64,000 nucleotides of DNA from an uncultured Spirochaetota bacterium (GCA_963734495.1 CAVTHK010000003.1:288001-352000); one strand, 5' to 3'. Counted from the stretch's first letter, positions 43,790 through 54,452 are shown. The notes: generated by a model from the letters alone, not told the origin. Translations and numbers: made by a program.

Positions 43790-44673
43790 CTATCCCTTGA
43801 TCGCGCCGATCATGACGCCGCGCACGAAGTATTTCTGCGCGAAGGGGTAGATGATCAGCACCGGCACGGTGGCCACGACGATCAGCGAGTACTTCAGCAG
43901 GTCCTCCAACCCCTGCCGCGCGACGAGGTCCTCCTCGCTCGTGATCAGGTTCGGATCGACCTGGTTCTGGATCAGGATGCTCCGCAGCACGAGCTGCAGC
44001 GGGAACAGGTGCTGGTCATGTCAGGTACAGCAGGGCGCTGAAGTACGAGTTCCACTGCCCGACGGCGTAGAACAGCGTGATGACGGCGAGGATCGGTCCC
44101 GACAGGGGAAGCACGATCCGCCTGAGGAACGTCATGTCGGAGGCGCCGTCGAGGCGCGCCGCCTCCAGGAGCTCCGGCGGGATGTTGGTCTGGAAAAAGG
44201 TGCGCGTGACCAGGACGTTAAAGACGCTCATCGCCGACGGGACGATCATCGCCCAGCGCGTGTTCAGCATGCCGAGGTTCCGCACGAGCAGGTACGTCGG
44301 GATCAGGCCGCCGGAGAACATCAGCGTGAAAAGAAAGGCGAACGTGATCCAGCCGCGGCCCACGAAGTCGGAGCGCGACAGCGGGTAGGCCGCCATCACC
44401 GTGAGGGAGACGCTGATGACCGTCCCGAGCACGGCGTAGGTAGAGAGAGTTGTAGAAGCCCCACCAGACCGCCTTGTACTCGAAGACCGCCTGGTAGCCG
44501 CGCAGGCTCGGGTCGACCGGCCACAGCCAGACCCGGCCGGTCACGACCGCGCGGGTCGAGCTGAAGGAGGCGCTCAGGATGTAGACGCACGGATAGAGGA
44601 CGGAGAGGAAGAAGAGAGCGAGGATGACGGTGTTGACCGCGTCGAATGCCGCGTCGCTCCGCGCCTGCCTCAT
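43790..44673 (-). CDS. Carbohydrate ABC permease, LplC-like (frameshifted)
   Basis: MFSGGLIPTY, ELLEAARLDGA, YAVGQWNSYF and YPFAQKYFVRGVMIGAIKG. Confidence 0.9.
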
Positions 44674-45596
44674 GCCCTCACCACATTCCCTGTCCCGTCC
44701 TGCGGGCCGACCTGGTTCACGCCCAGGAGGAGCACGAAGTTGATGACGTTGGTGAACAGTCCGATCGCGGAGGAGTAGGAGAAGTTCACGATCCTCGAGG
44801 CGATCCCCACCTTGTAGACGTAGGTGTTGATGATCTCCGAAGTCCTGATGTTCAGAGGGTTCTGCAGCAGGAAGACCTTCTCGAAGCCGATGTCCAGCAT
44901 GTGCGCCACCTGCAGGATCAGCAGCGTGATCGCCACCGGGATGAGCCCGGGCACGTCGATGTGGATCACGCGGCGCAGCTTCGAGGCACCGTCGACCACC
45001 GCGGCCTCGTGCAGCGCGGGATCGACCGCCGACAGCGCCGCGAGGTAAATGATGCAGCCGAAGCCCATGTTCTGCCACACGCCTGACCAGACGTAGATGG
45101 ACGGGAACAGGTTGGCCTTGCCCAGAAAGTCGATCGGCACGCCGGTGAAGCGCTGGATCGCCAGGTTGACGATGCCGATCCGGGGGTCGAGCACCTGGTA
45201 GATGATGCCCACCATCACGACCACGGAGATGAAGTGAGGAAAGTACGTAAGGAGCTGCACGCTCTTCTTGAAGCCCACGTGTCCGACGTAGTTGAGGCTG
45301 AGCGCGAGCAGGATCGGGAACGGGAAGCCGGCGAGCAGCTGGTACAGGCTCAGGCTCACCGTGTTTCGCATCACGGTCCAGAACTCGTACGAGTGGAAGA
45401 AGCGCACGAAGTAGCGGAAGCCGACCCAGCGGCTGCGCCAGATGCCTTCGGAGACCGAAAAGTCCCGGAACGCGATCTGGGCGCCGTACATCGGGACATA
45501 CTTGAAGATCAGGAGATAGGCGAAAGGCAACGCAATGAGAAGGTAGAGCTGCCAGACCCTGCGGATGGCCGCGAGACGGGCACGCCGCTCGATCAC
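44670..45596 (-). CDS. Carbohydrate ABC permease, LplB-like
   Basis: FKYVPMYG, PHFISVVV, LHEAAVVDGA and GFEKVFLLQN. Confidence 0.92.
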   Translation of the reverse strand: MIERRARLAAIRRVWQLYLLIALPFAYLLIFKYVPMYGAQIAFRDFSVSEGIWRSRWVGFRYFVRFFHSYEFWTVMRNTVSLSLYQLLAGFPFPILLALSLNYVGHVGFKKSVQLLTYFPHFISVVVMVGIIYQVLDPRIGIVNLAIQRFTGVPIDFLGKANLFPSIYVWSGVWQNMGFGCIIYLAALSAVDPALHEAAVVDGASKLRRVIHIDVPGLIPVAITLLILQVAHMLDIGFEKVFLLQNPLNIRTSEIINTYVYKVGIASRIVNFSYSSAIGLFTNVINFVLLLGVNQVGPQDGTGNVVRA

Positions 45597-45620
45597 GTTC
45601 CGCCTGCCCTCCAGGATGCA

Positions 45621-45649
45621 ACCCTAAGGGAGCCGCCTGCGGTTGTCAA
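45621..45649 (-). promoter_or_regulatory. Sigma70-like promoter of the sugar ABC operon
   Basis: TTGACA, 17 nt, TAGGGT, followed by GGAGG. Confidence 0.5.
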
Positions 45650-45673
45650 CTCCGCCCCCGCGGCGGCGGGCTG

Positions 45674-46966
45674 CTATGTCTTCGCCAGCGCGTCGTCCAG
45701 GGCTTCGATGATGTCGTCGATGTGCTCGAGCCCGACCGAGAGCCTGATCAGGTCGGGCGTGAGGCCGCCGGCGCGCTGCTGCTCCTCGCTGAGCTGCGAG
45801 TGCGACGTGCTCGCCGGGTGCAGGATCAGGCTCTTGGCGTCGCCGACGTTGGCGAGGTGCGAGAAGAGCTCGATGTTGTCGATCACCTTGACCGCCGCCT
45901 CGTAACCGCCCTTGACGCCGAAGACGACCATGCCGCCGAAGCCCTTCTTCAGGTACCTGCTCGCGACCTTGAAGGTCGGGTCCTCGGGGAGGCCGGGATA
46001 GCGGACCCACGCGACCTTGGGGTGCCTGGCGAGGTGCTTGGCCACGGCCAGCGCGTTGCTGCTGTGCCGCTCCATGCGCAGCGGGAGCGTCTCGATGCCC
46101 TGCAGGAAGATCCACGCGTTGTCGGGCGAGATGCAGGCGCCGAGGTTGCGCAGCGGCACCGTGCGCACCCGCAGGGCAAACGCGATGGGCGCCAGCGGCT
46201 GCGGCAGGTCGTGCGGCCCAGCGCAGGCCGTGGTAGTTCGGGTCGGGCTCGTTGAACAGGGCGAACTTCGGGTCCTTCCAGTCGAAGTTGCCCGCGTCCG
46301 TGACGATGCCCCCGATCGCCGACCCGTGGCCGCCCATCCACTTGGTGAGCGAGTTGACCACGATGTTGGCGCCGTGCTCGATGCTGCGCAGGAGGTAGGG
46401 GGTCGTGAAGGTCGCGTCCACGACCAGCGGCAGGTGGTGCCTGCGCGCCACTTCGGCCACCGCGGCGATGTCCGTGAAGTCGAGGACCGGGTTGCCGATG
46501 GTCTCGATGAAGATGAGGCGCGTCTTCGCGTTGATCGCCTTGTCGAACGCCTTGATGTCGTGGTGGTCGACAAAGCGCGTCGTGACTCCGAATTGCGGGA
46601 GGATCGCGTCGAACATCGTGTAGGTGCCGCCGTAGAGGTTGCTCGCCGAGACGATCTCGTCGCCCGGCCTTCGCGATCGTGGCGATCGCGTAGTGGATCG
46701 CGGCGGTGCCCGGAGGCGGTCGCGACCGAGGCGGCGCCTCCCTCGAGCTGCGTGACCCGCTGCTCGAGCACGTCGTGGGTCGGGTTCATCAGGCGCGTGT
46801 AGATGTTGCCGAGCTCCTTGAGCGCGAACAGGTTCGCCGCGTGCTCGGTGCTCTTGAACACATAGGAGCTGGTGCGGTGCACGGCGACGCCCCGCGAAAG
46901 AGTCGTGGGGTCGGGCACCTGGCCCGCGTGCAGCGACAGGGTCTCGAAGCGGTAGCTCTTGCTCAC
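45674..46966 (-). CDS. metY: O-acetylhomoserine/O-acetylserine sulfhydrylase (frameshifted)
   Basis: FETLSLHAGQ, GNIYTRLMNPT, NSLTKWMGGHG (PLP lysine) and HLANVGDAKSLILHPASTSHSQL. Confidence 0.92.
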   Translation of the reverse strand: MSKSYRFETLSLHAGQVPDPTTLSRGVAVHRTSSYVFKSTEHAANLFALKELGNIYTRLMNPTHDVLEQRVTQLEGGAASVATASGHRRDPLRDRHDREGRATRSSRRATSTAAPTRCSTRSSRNSESRRALSTTTTSRRSTRRSTRRRASSSSRPSATRSSTSRTSPRWPKWRAGTTCRWSWTRPSRPPTSCAASSTAPTSWSTRSPSGWAATGRRSGASSRTRATSTGRTRSSPCSTSPTRTTTACAGPHDLPQPLAPIAFALRVRTVPLRNLGACISPDNAWIFLQGIETLPLRMERHSSNALAVAKHLARHPKVAWVRYPGLPEDPTFKVASRYLKKGFGGMVVFGVKGGYEAAVKVIDNIELFSHLANVGDAKSLILHPASTSHSQLSEEQQRAGGLTPDLIRLSVGLEHIDDIIEALDDALAKT

Positions 46967-47075
46967 CGGACTCTCCTTGGTCGATGCGTCTTCGTCTCGG
47001 GTCCCACCGACCCGCGCCGGCTCTCTGCCGGCGCGATCCGTGCGCTCCGGCAGCAGCCCTTCACTTAAAATCAAG

Positions 47076-47128
47076 TATCCAGATATAGATTGTCAGGATA
47101 GTATCTGAGATGAGAATTAAAGTCAACT
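47076..47128 (-). promoter_or_regulatory. metY promoter with two palindromic, Rrf2 (IscR/CymR)-like sites
   Basis: TTGACT, 17 nt, TACTAT; palindrome TATCCAGA-N9-TCAGGATA (47076-47100) and a second site over the -35 element. Confidence 0.5.
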
Positions 47129-47161
47129 GATTCTGTTATCTTTTCCGCAGGGGGAGGCGGC

Positions 47162-47641
47162 ATGGATCGTTCCGTATCGGTGGGCGTGGGCGCCGTCATC
47201 GTGCGCGACGGGCGGGTCCTGCTGGTGCGCATGGGGTCCGGCGGGAACCGGGGCCAGTGGTCCGTGCCGGGCGGGTACCTGAACGCCGGCGAGTCGCTGG
47301 AGCAGACGGTGGCGCGCGAGGTGGCGGAGGAGACCGGGCTGGAGTTCCGGCCGGAGCGCCTGGTGGCCGTCCGCTGCGGCGTGCGGGACTCGGCCGAGCG
47401 CGAGGAGACCAACGTCTACATCGCGTTCGTGGGCACCTGCGGGGCGGGCGAGCCGCGCCCCGATGGAAAAGAGGTGAGCGACGCGGCCTTCCGGCCGTCC
47501 GCGGAAGTCGTCGAGGCCGCAGACGTGGCGTCGCTCACGCGCGAAGTCGTGCGCGCCGCCCTGGGCGGCGGCGGCCTCGCGCGGTCGGACAGGGCCCTCG
47601 TCTCCGGCAACCGGTATCGCTCCTACGACGTGTACGCGTGA
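47162..47641 (+). CDS. NUDIX hydrolase
   Basis: Nudix box GGYLNAGESLEQTVAREVAEETGL. Confidence 0.9.
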   Translation: MDRSVSVGVGAVIVRDGRVLLVRMGSGGNRGQWSVPGGYLNAGESLEQTVAREVAEETGLEFRPERLVAVRCGVRDSAEREETNVYIAFVGTCGAGEPRPDGKEVSDAAFRPSAEVVEAADVASLTREVVRAALGGGGLARSDRALVSGNRYRSYDVYA

Positions 47642-47744
47642 AATCGGGCCGGCCGGGCGGGGACCGAGGAGGCCGCGGGTGCCTTCACCTTGCCCTTCTC
47701 CAGGAACATGCGCTATATTCCGCATCAACTACGGGGACAATGCC

Positions 47745-48059
47745 ATGCCGACTTATGAGTACCACTGCCAGTCGTGTGGCCATCGGTTCGACGTTCTCCA
47801 GAAGATCACCGAAGAGCCGCTGACCAGGTGCCCCAAGTGCCACCGCGCCCGACTCAAGCGGCTGATCGGCGCCGGGCTCGGAGTCATCTTCAAGGGGAGC
47901 GGCTTCTACACGACGGACTACAAGCGCAGCGGCGCCAACGGATCCTCCTCCCGGAAGGGCGAAAGCAAGTCGGAGAGCAAGACCGACGGCAAGACCACGA
48001 AAGCTCGTCGGAGTCGAAGACCAAGGCGGAAACCAAAACCGGAAACCAAGACCGCCTGA
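47745..48059 (+). CDS. FmdB-family zinc-ribbon protein
   Basis: MPTYEYHCQSCGHRF...CPKC...FKGSGFYTTDY with a low-complexity tail. Confidence 0.9.
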   Translation: MPTYEYHCQSCGHRFDVLQKITEEPLTRCPKCHRARLKRLIGAGLGVIFKGSGFYTTDYKRSGANGSSSRKGESKSESKTDGKTTKARRSRRPRRKPKPETKTA

Positions 48060-48128
48060 CGCGGCGGCCCTCCCTCAGCCGCGCTCCCGTCCGAGTTCTG
48101 TTCAACACCCCGGCGATCCACTATACTC

Positions 48129-49157
48129 GTGCGCGTGCGGGACCTGCGGCTCGACACACAGGGGTTCGTCTCCGTCGTTTCCTTTCGCGACGCCTTCCGC
48201 CTGCCCAGGCCCGCGAACGCCGACCGCCTGCTCTACGTCTTCGACGAGAACACCGGCCGGCTCTTCGCGGGCGGCGAGCGCGCCGCGGCGGTGATCCCGG
48301 CGGGGGAGGCGGCCAAGACATGGGCCTCGGTCGGGAGCATCCTCGAGCGGGCGCTCGCGCTCGGGCTCACGCGGGCGAGCGCGATCGTCGGCGTGGGCGG
48401 CGGCGTCGTCTGCGACGTGGCCGCCTTTGCGTCCTCGATCTACATGCGGGGCTGCGGGCTCGTCCTCGCCCCGACGACCCTGCTCGCGATGGTCGACGCG
48501 GCGATCGGCGGGAAGACCGGCATCAACTTCGGCGGCTTCAAGAACATGGTGGGCACGTTCCGGCCCGCGGCCGAGGTCCACGTCTGCATCGGCGCCCTGT
48601 CGTCCCTGCCCGAACGCGAGTATCGTTCGGGCCTCGCGGAGGTCATCAAGACCGCGGCCCTCGGCGACGAGGAGCTTTTCGGGATGCTGGAGCGCGAGCG
48701 CGAGCGCATCCTCGCGCGCGATGCCGCGCTCCTCGCCGATGCGGTCCGCAGGTGCGCCGCCGTCAAGGTGGGGATCGTCCAGGAGGACCTCACGGAGCGC
48801 GGGCCCCGCGCATGGCTCAACCTGGGCCACACGTTCGGCCACGCCCTGGAGTCCGTGACCGCGATGGAGCGGTTCACCCACGGGGAGGCCGTGGCCTGGG
48901 GCATGGCGCGGGCCATGGATCTGGGGGTCCGCGTCGGGGTGACCCGGCCCGCCTGGGCCGGACGGCTCACCGCCCTGCTCGAGGCCTACGGCTTTCGCAC
49001 CCGCATCGAGCGAGTCGACGCGGGCGCGCTCCTCGAGGCCATGGGGCGGGACAAGAAGAAGCTCGGTGCGGGGCTCCGTTTCGTGCTGCAGGAGGATATC
49101 TGCCGCACGCGAGTCGAGGAGGCCGACCTGTCGCAGGTGAGCGCGGTGCTCGGCTGA
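48129..49157 (+). CDS. aroB: 3-dehydroquinate synthase
   Basis: GEAAKT, GGGVVCD, PTTLLAMVDAAIGGKTG, LNLGHTFGHALE, HGEAV and DKK. Confidence 0.94.
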   Translation: MRVRDLRLDTQGFVSVVSFRDAFRLPRPANADRLLYVFDENTGRLFAGGERAAAVIPAGEAAKTWASVGSILERALALGLTRASAIVGVGGGVVCDVAAFASSIYMRGCGLVLAPTTLLAMVDAAIGGKTGINFGGFKNMVGTFRPAAEVHVCIGALSSLPEREYRSGLAEVIKTAALGDEELFGMLERERERILARDAALLADAVRRCAAVKVGIVQEDLTERGPRAWLNLGHTFGHALESVTAMERFTHGEAVAWGMARAMDLGVRVGVTRPAWAGRLTALLEAYGFRTRIERVDAGALLEAMGRDKKKLGAGLRFVLQEDICRTRVEEADLSQVSAVLG

Positions 49158-49215
49158 GACGACTGGACGCCTGCGGGATCGCGGGCGCTTGGGCGCGGAG
49201 AGCGAGGGGTGTGCG

Positions 49216-49869
49216 ATGCGTATCAGCAAGGAGGTCTTCCGTCAGCACGTGCGCGGCTTCGGGCCGGGCGACGTCATCTTCCGCGAAGGCGAGCCCGGGA
49301 AGGAGATGTTCATCGTCGTCGACGGCAAGGTGGAGATCACCAAGTCGACCTCGGGGTCGGCCAGCAAGACGCTGATCACGGTGACGAGGGGCGACATGTT
49401 CGGCGAGATGGCCGTGATCGACAAGAAGGCCCGTGCCGCCACGGCCACCGCCATCGCGCCCACAAAGGTGCTCGTCCTGAACGAGGCCCTCTTCGACGCG
49501 ACGCTGGAAAAGAACCCGGATTTCGCCCGCAAGATCATCAAGCTGCTGTCGGAGCGCCTGCGGCGGACCAACCTGCTGCTGCAGGGCGCCCTCGGCACGA
49601 ACCGCCAGAACCTGGTAATGGACGCGCTGAACCAGTTCGCGGCGGAGCACGGCAGCAGCACCTTCCGCGGCATGCGGTTCAACGTGAACGCCTTCGCCGA
49701 CTGGGCCGCCCGCCACATCGGTCTCGACGAGGCGGACATCCGCCAGCACGTCGAGGCGCTGGTCAGGCACAAGGTGCTGCAGGTCTCGGCTCTCGGCAAG
49801 GACGAGCTGCTGATCAGCTCCAGGGCGGCATCAGCCGCCCGGGCCGGCTCCGTCCGGCGCCGCCCCTAG
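49216..49869 (+). CDS. Cyclic-nucleotide-binding (Crp/Fnr-like) domain protein
   Basis: IFREGEPGKEMFIVVDGKVEI...GDMFGEMAVID...RAATA. Confidence 0.85.
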   Translation: MRISKEVFRQHVRGFGPGDVIFREGEPGKEMFIVVDGKVEITKSTSGSASKTLITVTRGDMFGEMAVIDKKARAATATAIAPTKVLVLNEALFDATLEKNPDFARKIIKLLSERLRRTNLLLQGALGTNRQNLVMDALNQFAAEHGSSTFRGMRFNVNAFADWAARHIGLDEADIRQHVEALVRHKVLQVSALGKDELLISSRAASAARAGSVRRRP

Positions 49870-49938
49870 GGCCGCCGTCCGCGGGGCCGCGGCGCCGCGA
49901 GCGCCGGCGAGCCTGCGGCTCCCGCGCCGCGGCCGGCG

Positions 49939-52420
49939 CTACTCCTCCTCGATCAGCTTCGACAGCCTGCGGTAGGCCGCGTTGATGCACTCCGTGCGGC
50001 GGCTCTTCTCGCTGTCCGGGACCTCGTCCGCGAGCGCCTCGAGGCTCCCCAGGCTCTCCATGAGCGCGGTGTGGAAGCTCTTGTCCACCTCGAGCCAGTA
50101 GATGCCGGCCCGGTCGGTGTGCAGCGCCAGGAAGCCCAGCCTCCGCTGCTTCTTCTGCATCCGGCAGAGGCGCAGCAGGTTCTCGAGCTCCTCGCAGAGC
50201 TCGCCCGCGGCCCCGGTGACCGTGTAGTTGCGGTTCGACCACTTCTTGAGCACGCCGCGCTCCGCGTCGATCCGCACGGCGGCCGCCAGCAGCGAGTCGA
50301 GCGGCGCCCCCGGCATGATCTCCCAGCCGTCGTAGAGCAGCGTCCCCCGCATCTTGCGGTACTGGGGCAGCAGCGAGCGGTCGACCTCGTGGAGCACCGC
50401 CTTGAGCGCGCCCCATTCGAGGCTGACGAGCTTCTTCTTCCCCTTGACTCCCCTGATGGGGAACATGCCCGTGCCGATCCGCACGTTGTTCGTGAAGTCG
50501 CGGGTCGGGCCGGCGCCGGCCTTCTCGGCCACGGGGCGATGGAGCACGAGCCCCTCGTAGAGCAGGGGCGAGATGCGCTTGAGCCACTCCGGCCGCAGCT
50601 TGCTCACCGAGCGCGCGTACATCCGCGTCGTGCGCACGATCTCGCCCGCGACGATGTAGGGCGGCGTCTCCCCGAAGAGGACCGAGCCCGGGTGGATCAT
50701 GATGCGCCCCGTCGGTGAGCGTGCGGTAGACGCCGCGCTTGGCCTGGCCGCAGACGAACTGGATGAGGCCGCGCGAGACGGCGCAGAGGTAGTCGGAGAC
50801 GTCGCCGCCCGACAGGACCGGGACGCCCATGTCCGAGACGATCAGCTCGAGCTGCTCCTTGACGTTGGCGATCTCCGCCATGGCCTGGATGTCGAGGTAG
50901 GCGCGGTCGCAGAAGCTCTTGCGGTTGCGGCTGCGCTCGTAGCCCTGCAGGATCTTGAGGTAGGAGACGAAGTCGCCGTAGGCGTCGCGGAACGAGTGGT
51001 GCGCCCTGCGCGCCGCCATCTCCTCGCCGAGGGGCAGCAGGAAGGGGTTGTCGGCCGAAAGAAAGGCGGCGGCGGTGACGGCCTCGTCCACGACCTTCGG
51101 GTAGCTGCAGGATCGCCTCCACGATCATGCGCGCGTGCTTGGGCAGCAGGGGGAAGCGGCACATCATCTCGCCGACCTTCGTGAGGCTGCCGATCCGTCG
51201 TCGATGCGCGTCGAGGAGCTTGAGCGTCTGGATCGCGCTGAGGATGCCCTCGCGGTCGGGCGCGGCGAGGAACTCGAAGTTCTCGAAGTCCGTGATGCCG
51301 AGCTCCGCCATGCGCAGCACGACCTCCGAGAGGTCGGTGCGCAGGATCTCCTCGCGGGTGAACAGCTCCCGCAGCTCGTAGTCCGCCTGGCTGTAGAGGC
51401 GGTAGCAGACCCCCGGCGCCGTGCGGCCGGCGCGGCCCTTGCGCTGGTTGCACGAGGCCTTGGAGATCGGCACTTCGATCAGCGACGAGGTGAAGGTCCG
51501 CTGGTTGTAGAAGTTGAGCTTGGCCGACGCCCGGGTCGATCACGGTGCGCACGCCGTCGATGGTGACGCTGGTCTCGGCGATGTTCGTGGCGATGATCAC
51601 CTTGCGCTTGCCGGGGAAGTCGGCGAACACCCGCTCCTGCTCCTCGGCGGCGAGCCTCGAGTAGAGCGGCAGGATCTCGAAGTCCCGCGAGCCGGGCAGC
51701 GCCTGGACGCGGGCCGCGCAGTCCTTGATGGCCTTTTCGCCGGGCAGGAAGATCAGGATGTCGCCGGGCTCGCCCTTTCTGGCCGTCGCGTCGACGATGT
51801 CCTCGATCTTCTGCTGCATCTGGTCGTAGTCGCCCTCGACCTCCGGCGGGTCGTGGATCACCTCGACGGGGTAGGTGATCGCGTCGATCTTGACGACCGG
51901 GCACTCGTCGAAGTACTCGGAGAAGATCTCGGCGTTGATCGTCGCCGAGGAGACGATGACCTTGAAGGTCGGCCGCTCCCGCAGCACGCGCTTGAGCAGC
52001 CCGAGGATGAAGTCGATGTTGAGGCTGCGCTCGTGGGCCTCGTCGACCATGATCACGTCGTAGCGCGAGAGGTGGTAGTCGGCCTTCATCTCCTGGAGCA
52101 GGATGCCGTCGGTCATGATCTTGATGCGCGTGCGCTCGTCGGTGCGGTCCTCGAAGCGCATCTTGTAGCCGATGACGTCGGGGATCGTCGCGGCCGAGCT
52201 GGCGGGCGATGAACTGCGACACGGAGACCGCGGCGATGCGGCGCGGCTGCGTCACGCCGATCATGCCCTTTTCGGCGTAGCCGGCGTGGTAGAGGATCTG
52301 CGGCAGCTGCGTCGTCTTGCCGCTGCCCGTCGGGCTCTCGACGACGATCGCCTGGTGGCTCGCGAGGGCTTCGAGGATGCGCTCGCGCTGCTGGTGGACG
52401 GGAAGGTCGAGGGGGTTCAT
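49939..52420 (-). CDS. hrpA: HrpA-like DEAH-box RNA helicase (frameshifted)
   Basis: SPTGSGKTTQLPQ, TQPRRIAA, DEAHERS, SAT, ATNIAETSVTI, QRKGRAGR and IHPGSVLF. Confidence 0.92.
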
Positions 52421-52586
52421 GCCTGGGTGAGAGTGTAGGCCGAGCCTGCGCCGGCTGTCCACGGCGGCTCGGGCGGCGGCTTGGGCCGGGCGGCCTCCAC
52501 GTCGGTGTCGGGCGAGCTCGGGGGGCACCACGTTGTGCGCCGGGCGCGGCGAGTACAGTGCCGTACCGATCTACGAAACCTGTTCT

Positions 52587-52615
52587 TTGACTTCACGAAT
52601 CAGTCATGTTACTGT
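52587..52615 (+). promoter_or_regulatory. Promoter of the catabolic island with an internal inverted repeat
   Basis: TTGACT, 17 nt, TACTGT; TGACT-N9-AGTCA at 52588-52606. Confidence 0.45.
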
Positions 52616-52641
52616 ACCGCGGTCTGGTCAAGGAGGATGTC

Positions 52642-54363
52642 ATGAACCGAAAGGTCTGCTCGATCGTATTGTGCTTTGTTGTTCTCGCTGGCCTGGGTCA
52701 GCTTTACGCCAGCGGGCAACGCGCGAGCGCCCCGGAGACCGCGACGACGGGCAAAGCGGGCGAGCCTCGGTACGGCGGCACGTTCACTGGCTTCTGGCCG
52801 TACTATCAACAGGAAGACCCGCCGAACCCCGATATCATGGCCGGGTTCTGGCAGCCGACCCAGTGGCTCAACCCGATCCAGGAACGCCCGATCATCGGCG
52901 ATTTCGAGAAGTACGGCCCGAGGGGCACGGGCGAGTTCAAATTCCAGCTGAAGGCGTATATCCCGGAGAAGTTCTGGAAGCCCAACCTGATCGAGAGCTG
53001 GGAAGTCACACCGCAGAAGACGGTCTGGCACGTGCGGCCCGGCATCATGTGGCAGGCGAAAAAAGGCGTCATGGACGCGCGGGAGCTCGTCGCCCAGGAC
53101 TTCGTGGAGGACCTGCTGCGCTTCGCGCAGAGCCCGCGCGGCGGCGGCTTCAAGAAGATGTTCACGAAGATCTCCGCCGACGGCAAGTACACCGTCGTCA
53201 TCGAGACTCCGTCCTTCGACAGCCTCCTCATGTACTACGTCGGATATGAAGATGCCGCCCTGATCTCTCCGCCGGAGATGGTCAAGGCGGGCCCCGATAA
53301 ATGGGAGAACCAGGTCGGCACGGGGCCGTTCATGCTCAAAGAGTACGTGATCGGGTCTCACGTCACCTACGAAAAGAACCCGAACTACTGGGGGACGACG
53401 ACCATCAACGGCGTCAAGTACAAGCTCCCCTTCGTGGATCAAATCGTGTTTCCGATCGTCCCGGATCATTCCACGCAGATCGCGCTGCTGCGGACGGGGA
53501 AGCTGGACTATTACTCGTTCGTGCCGTCGCAGGACTGGCAGTCTCTGGACCAGACGGCCCAGGGAATCAAGTCGCTGCGTATCCCCGGATCGACGGGCTG
53601 GGGGATCAGCCTCAACACTTCGAAGCCGCCCTTTGACAAGGCGGACGTCCGGCGGGCACTGATGGTCGGCACCAATCTCAAGGCGTTCGCGGACCTCGAG
53701 CGGGCCGGCGAATTGCCGCTCCACTGGTGGCCCCAGTACTTCGGAAACCCCGAGGTCTACACGCCGCTCAAGGACCTGCCGGCGAGCAGCCAGCTGCTGT
53801 ACTCGAACGATCCGGCCAAGGCGAAGCAGATGATTGCCGATGCCGGCTACCCGAACGGCTTCAGCATGGAGTTCCTCATCTCGACGCGGCCGGCCGACCA
53901 GGACCGGGCGTCGCTGATCAAGGACATGTGGAGCAAGCTCGGCGTCCAGGTGTCGATCAAGACCGTTGAGTGGGCGCAGGCGCAGACGCTGACACGGGCC
54001 GGCAACTTCCAGGCCTGGCTCGTCGAAGGCGAGGTCGGCAACCCGGTGTCCGGGATCCAGCAGTCGATGACGGGCAACAACTTCAACTCCAGCCGCTGGT
54101 CCAACCCCAAGTTCGACGACCTGGCATCGAAGATGCTGGCGGAGACGGATGCCGTCAGGCGCGCTGCCCTGAGCAAGGAGGCTTCGCTGATCCTCCTCGA
54201 CCAGGTTCCGCGCATTCCGATCGAGCCCATTGCCGAAGGCTACTTCTGGTGGCCGTGGCTCAAGAACTACTATGACGAGACCAACGTGGAAGACCAGGAC
54301 ATCCTGCCGGTCATCACGCGGACGTGGATCGACCAGGACCTGAAGAAGCAGATGGGGCACTGA
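52642..54363 (+). CDS. ABC substrate-binding protein, family 5 (Dpp/Opp-like)
   Basis: Signal peptide, PRYGGT, VGTGPFML...YEKNPNYW, KPPFDKADVRRAL and AGYPNGF. Confidence 0.92.
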   Translation: MNRKVCSIVLCFVVLAGLGQLYASGQRASAPETATTGKAGEPRYGGTFTGFWPYYQQEDPPNPDIMAGFWQPTQWLNPIQERPIIGDFEKYGPRGTGEFKFQLKAYIPEKFWKPNLIESWEVTPQKTVWHVRPGIMWQAKKGVMDARELVAQDFVEDLLRFAQSPRGGGFKKMFTKISADGKYTVVIETPSFDSLLMYYVGYEDAALISPPEMVKAGPDKWENQVGTGPFMLKEYVIGSHVTYEKNPNYWGTTTINGVKYKLPFVDQIVFPIVPDHSTQIALLRTGKLDYYSFVPSQDWQSLDQTAQGIKSLRIPGSTGWGISLNTSKPPFDKADVRRALMVGTNLKAFADLERAGELPLHWWPQYFGNPEVYTPLKDLPASSQLLYSNDPAKAKQMIADAGYPNGFSMEFLISTRPADQDRASLIKDMWSKLGVQVSIKTVEWAQAQTLTRAGNFQAWLVEGEVGNPVSGIQQSMTGNNFNSSRWSNPKFDDLASKMLAETDAVRRAALSKEASLILLDQVPRIPIEPIAEGYFWWPWLKNYYDETNVEDQDILPVITRTWIDQDLKKQMGH

Positions 54364-54364
54364 G

Positions 54365-54452
54365 ACCCGCAAGGCCGAGCGCGGGTAGCGCGACTCTCGT
54401 CGACCGAGGGGTGCCGGCTTTCGCGGCACCCCTCGCGCGCTTTCGAGAGTCG
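54365..54452 (+). other. Intercistronic nested stem-loop
   Basis: CGACTCTCG (54391-54399) pairs with CGAGAGTCG (54444-54452), enclosing CGAGGGGTGCCG / CGGCACCCCTCG; no U-tract. Confidence 0.6.

Noticed and set aside
46967-47070. Possible SAM riboswitch upstream of metY
   Set aside because: GC-rich hairpins are present but the SAM-I core elements are not recognisable.
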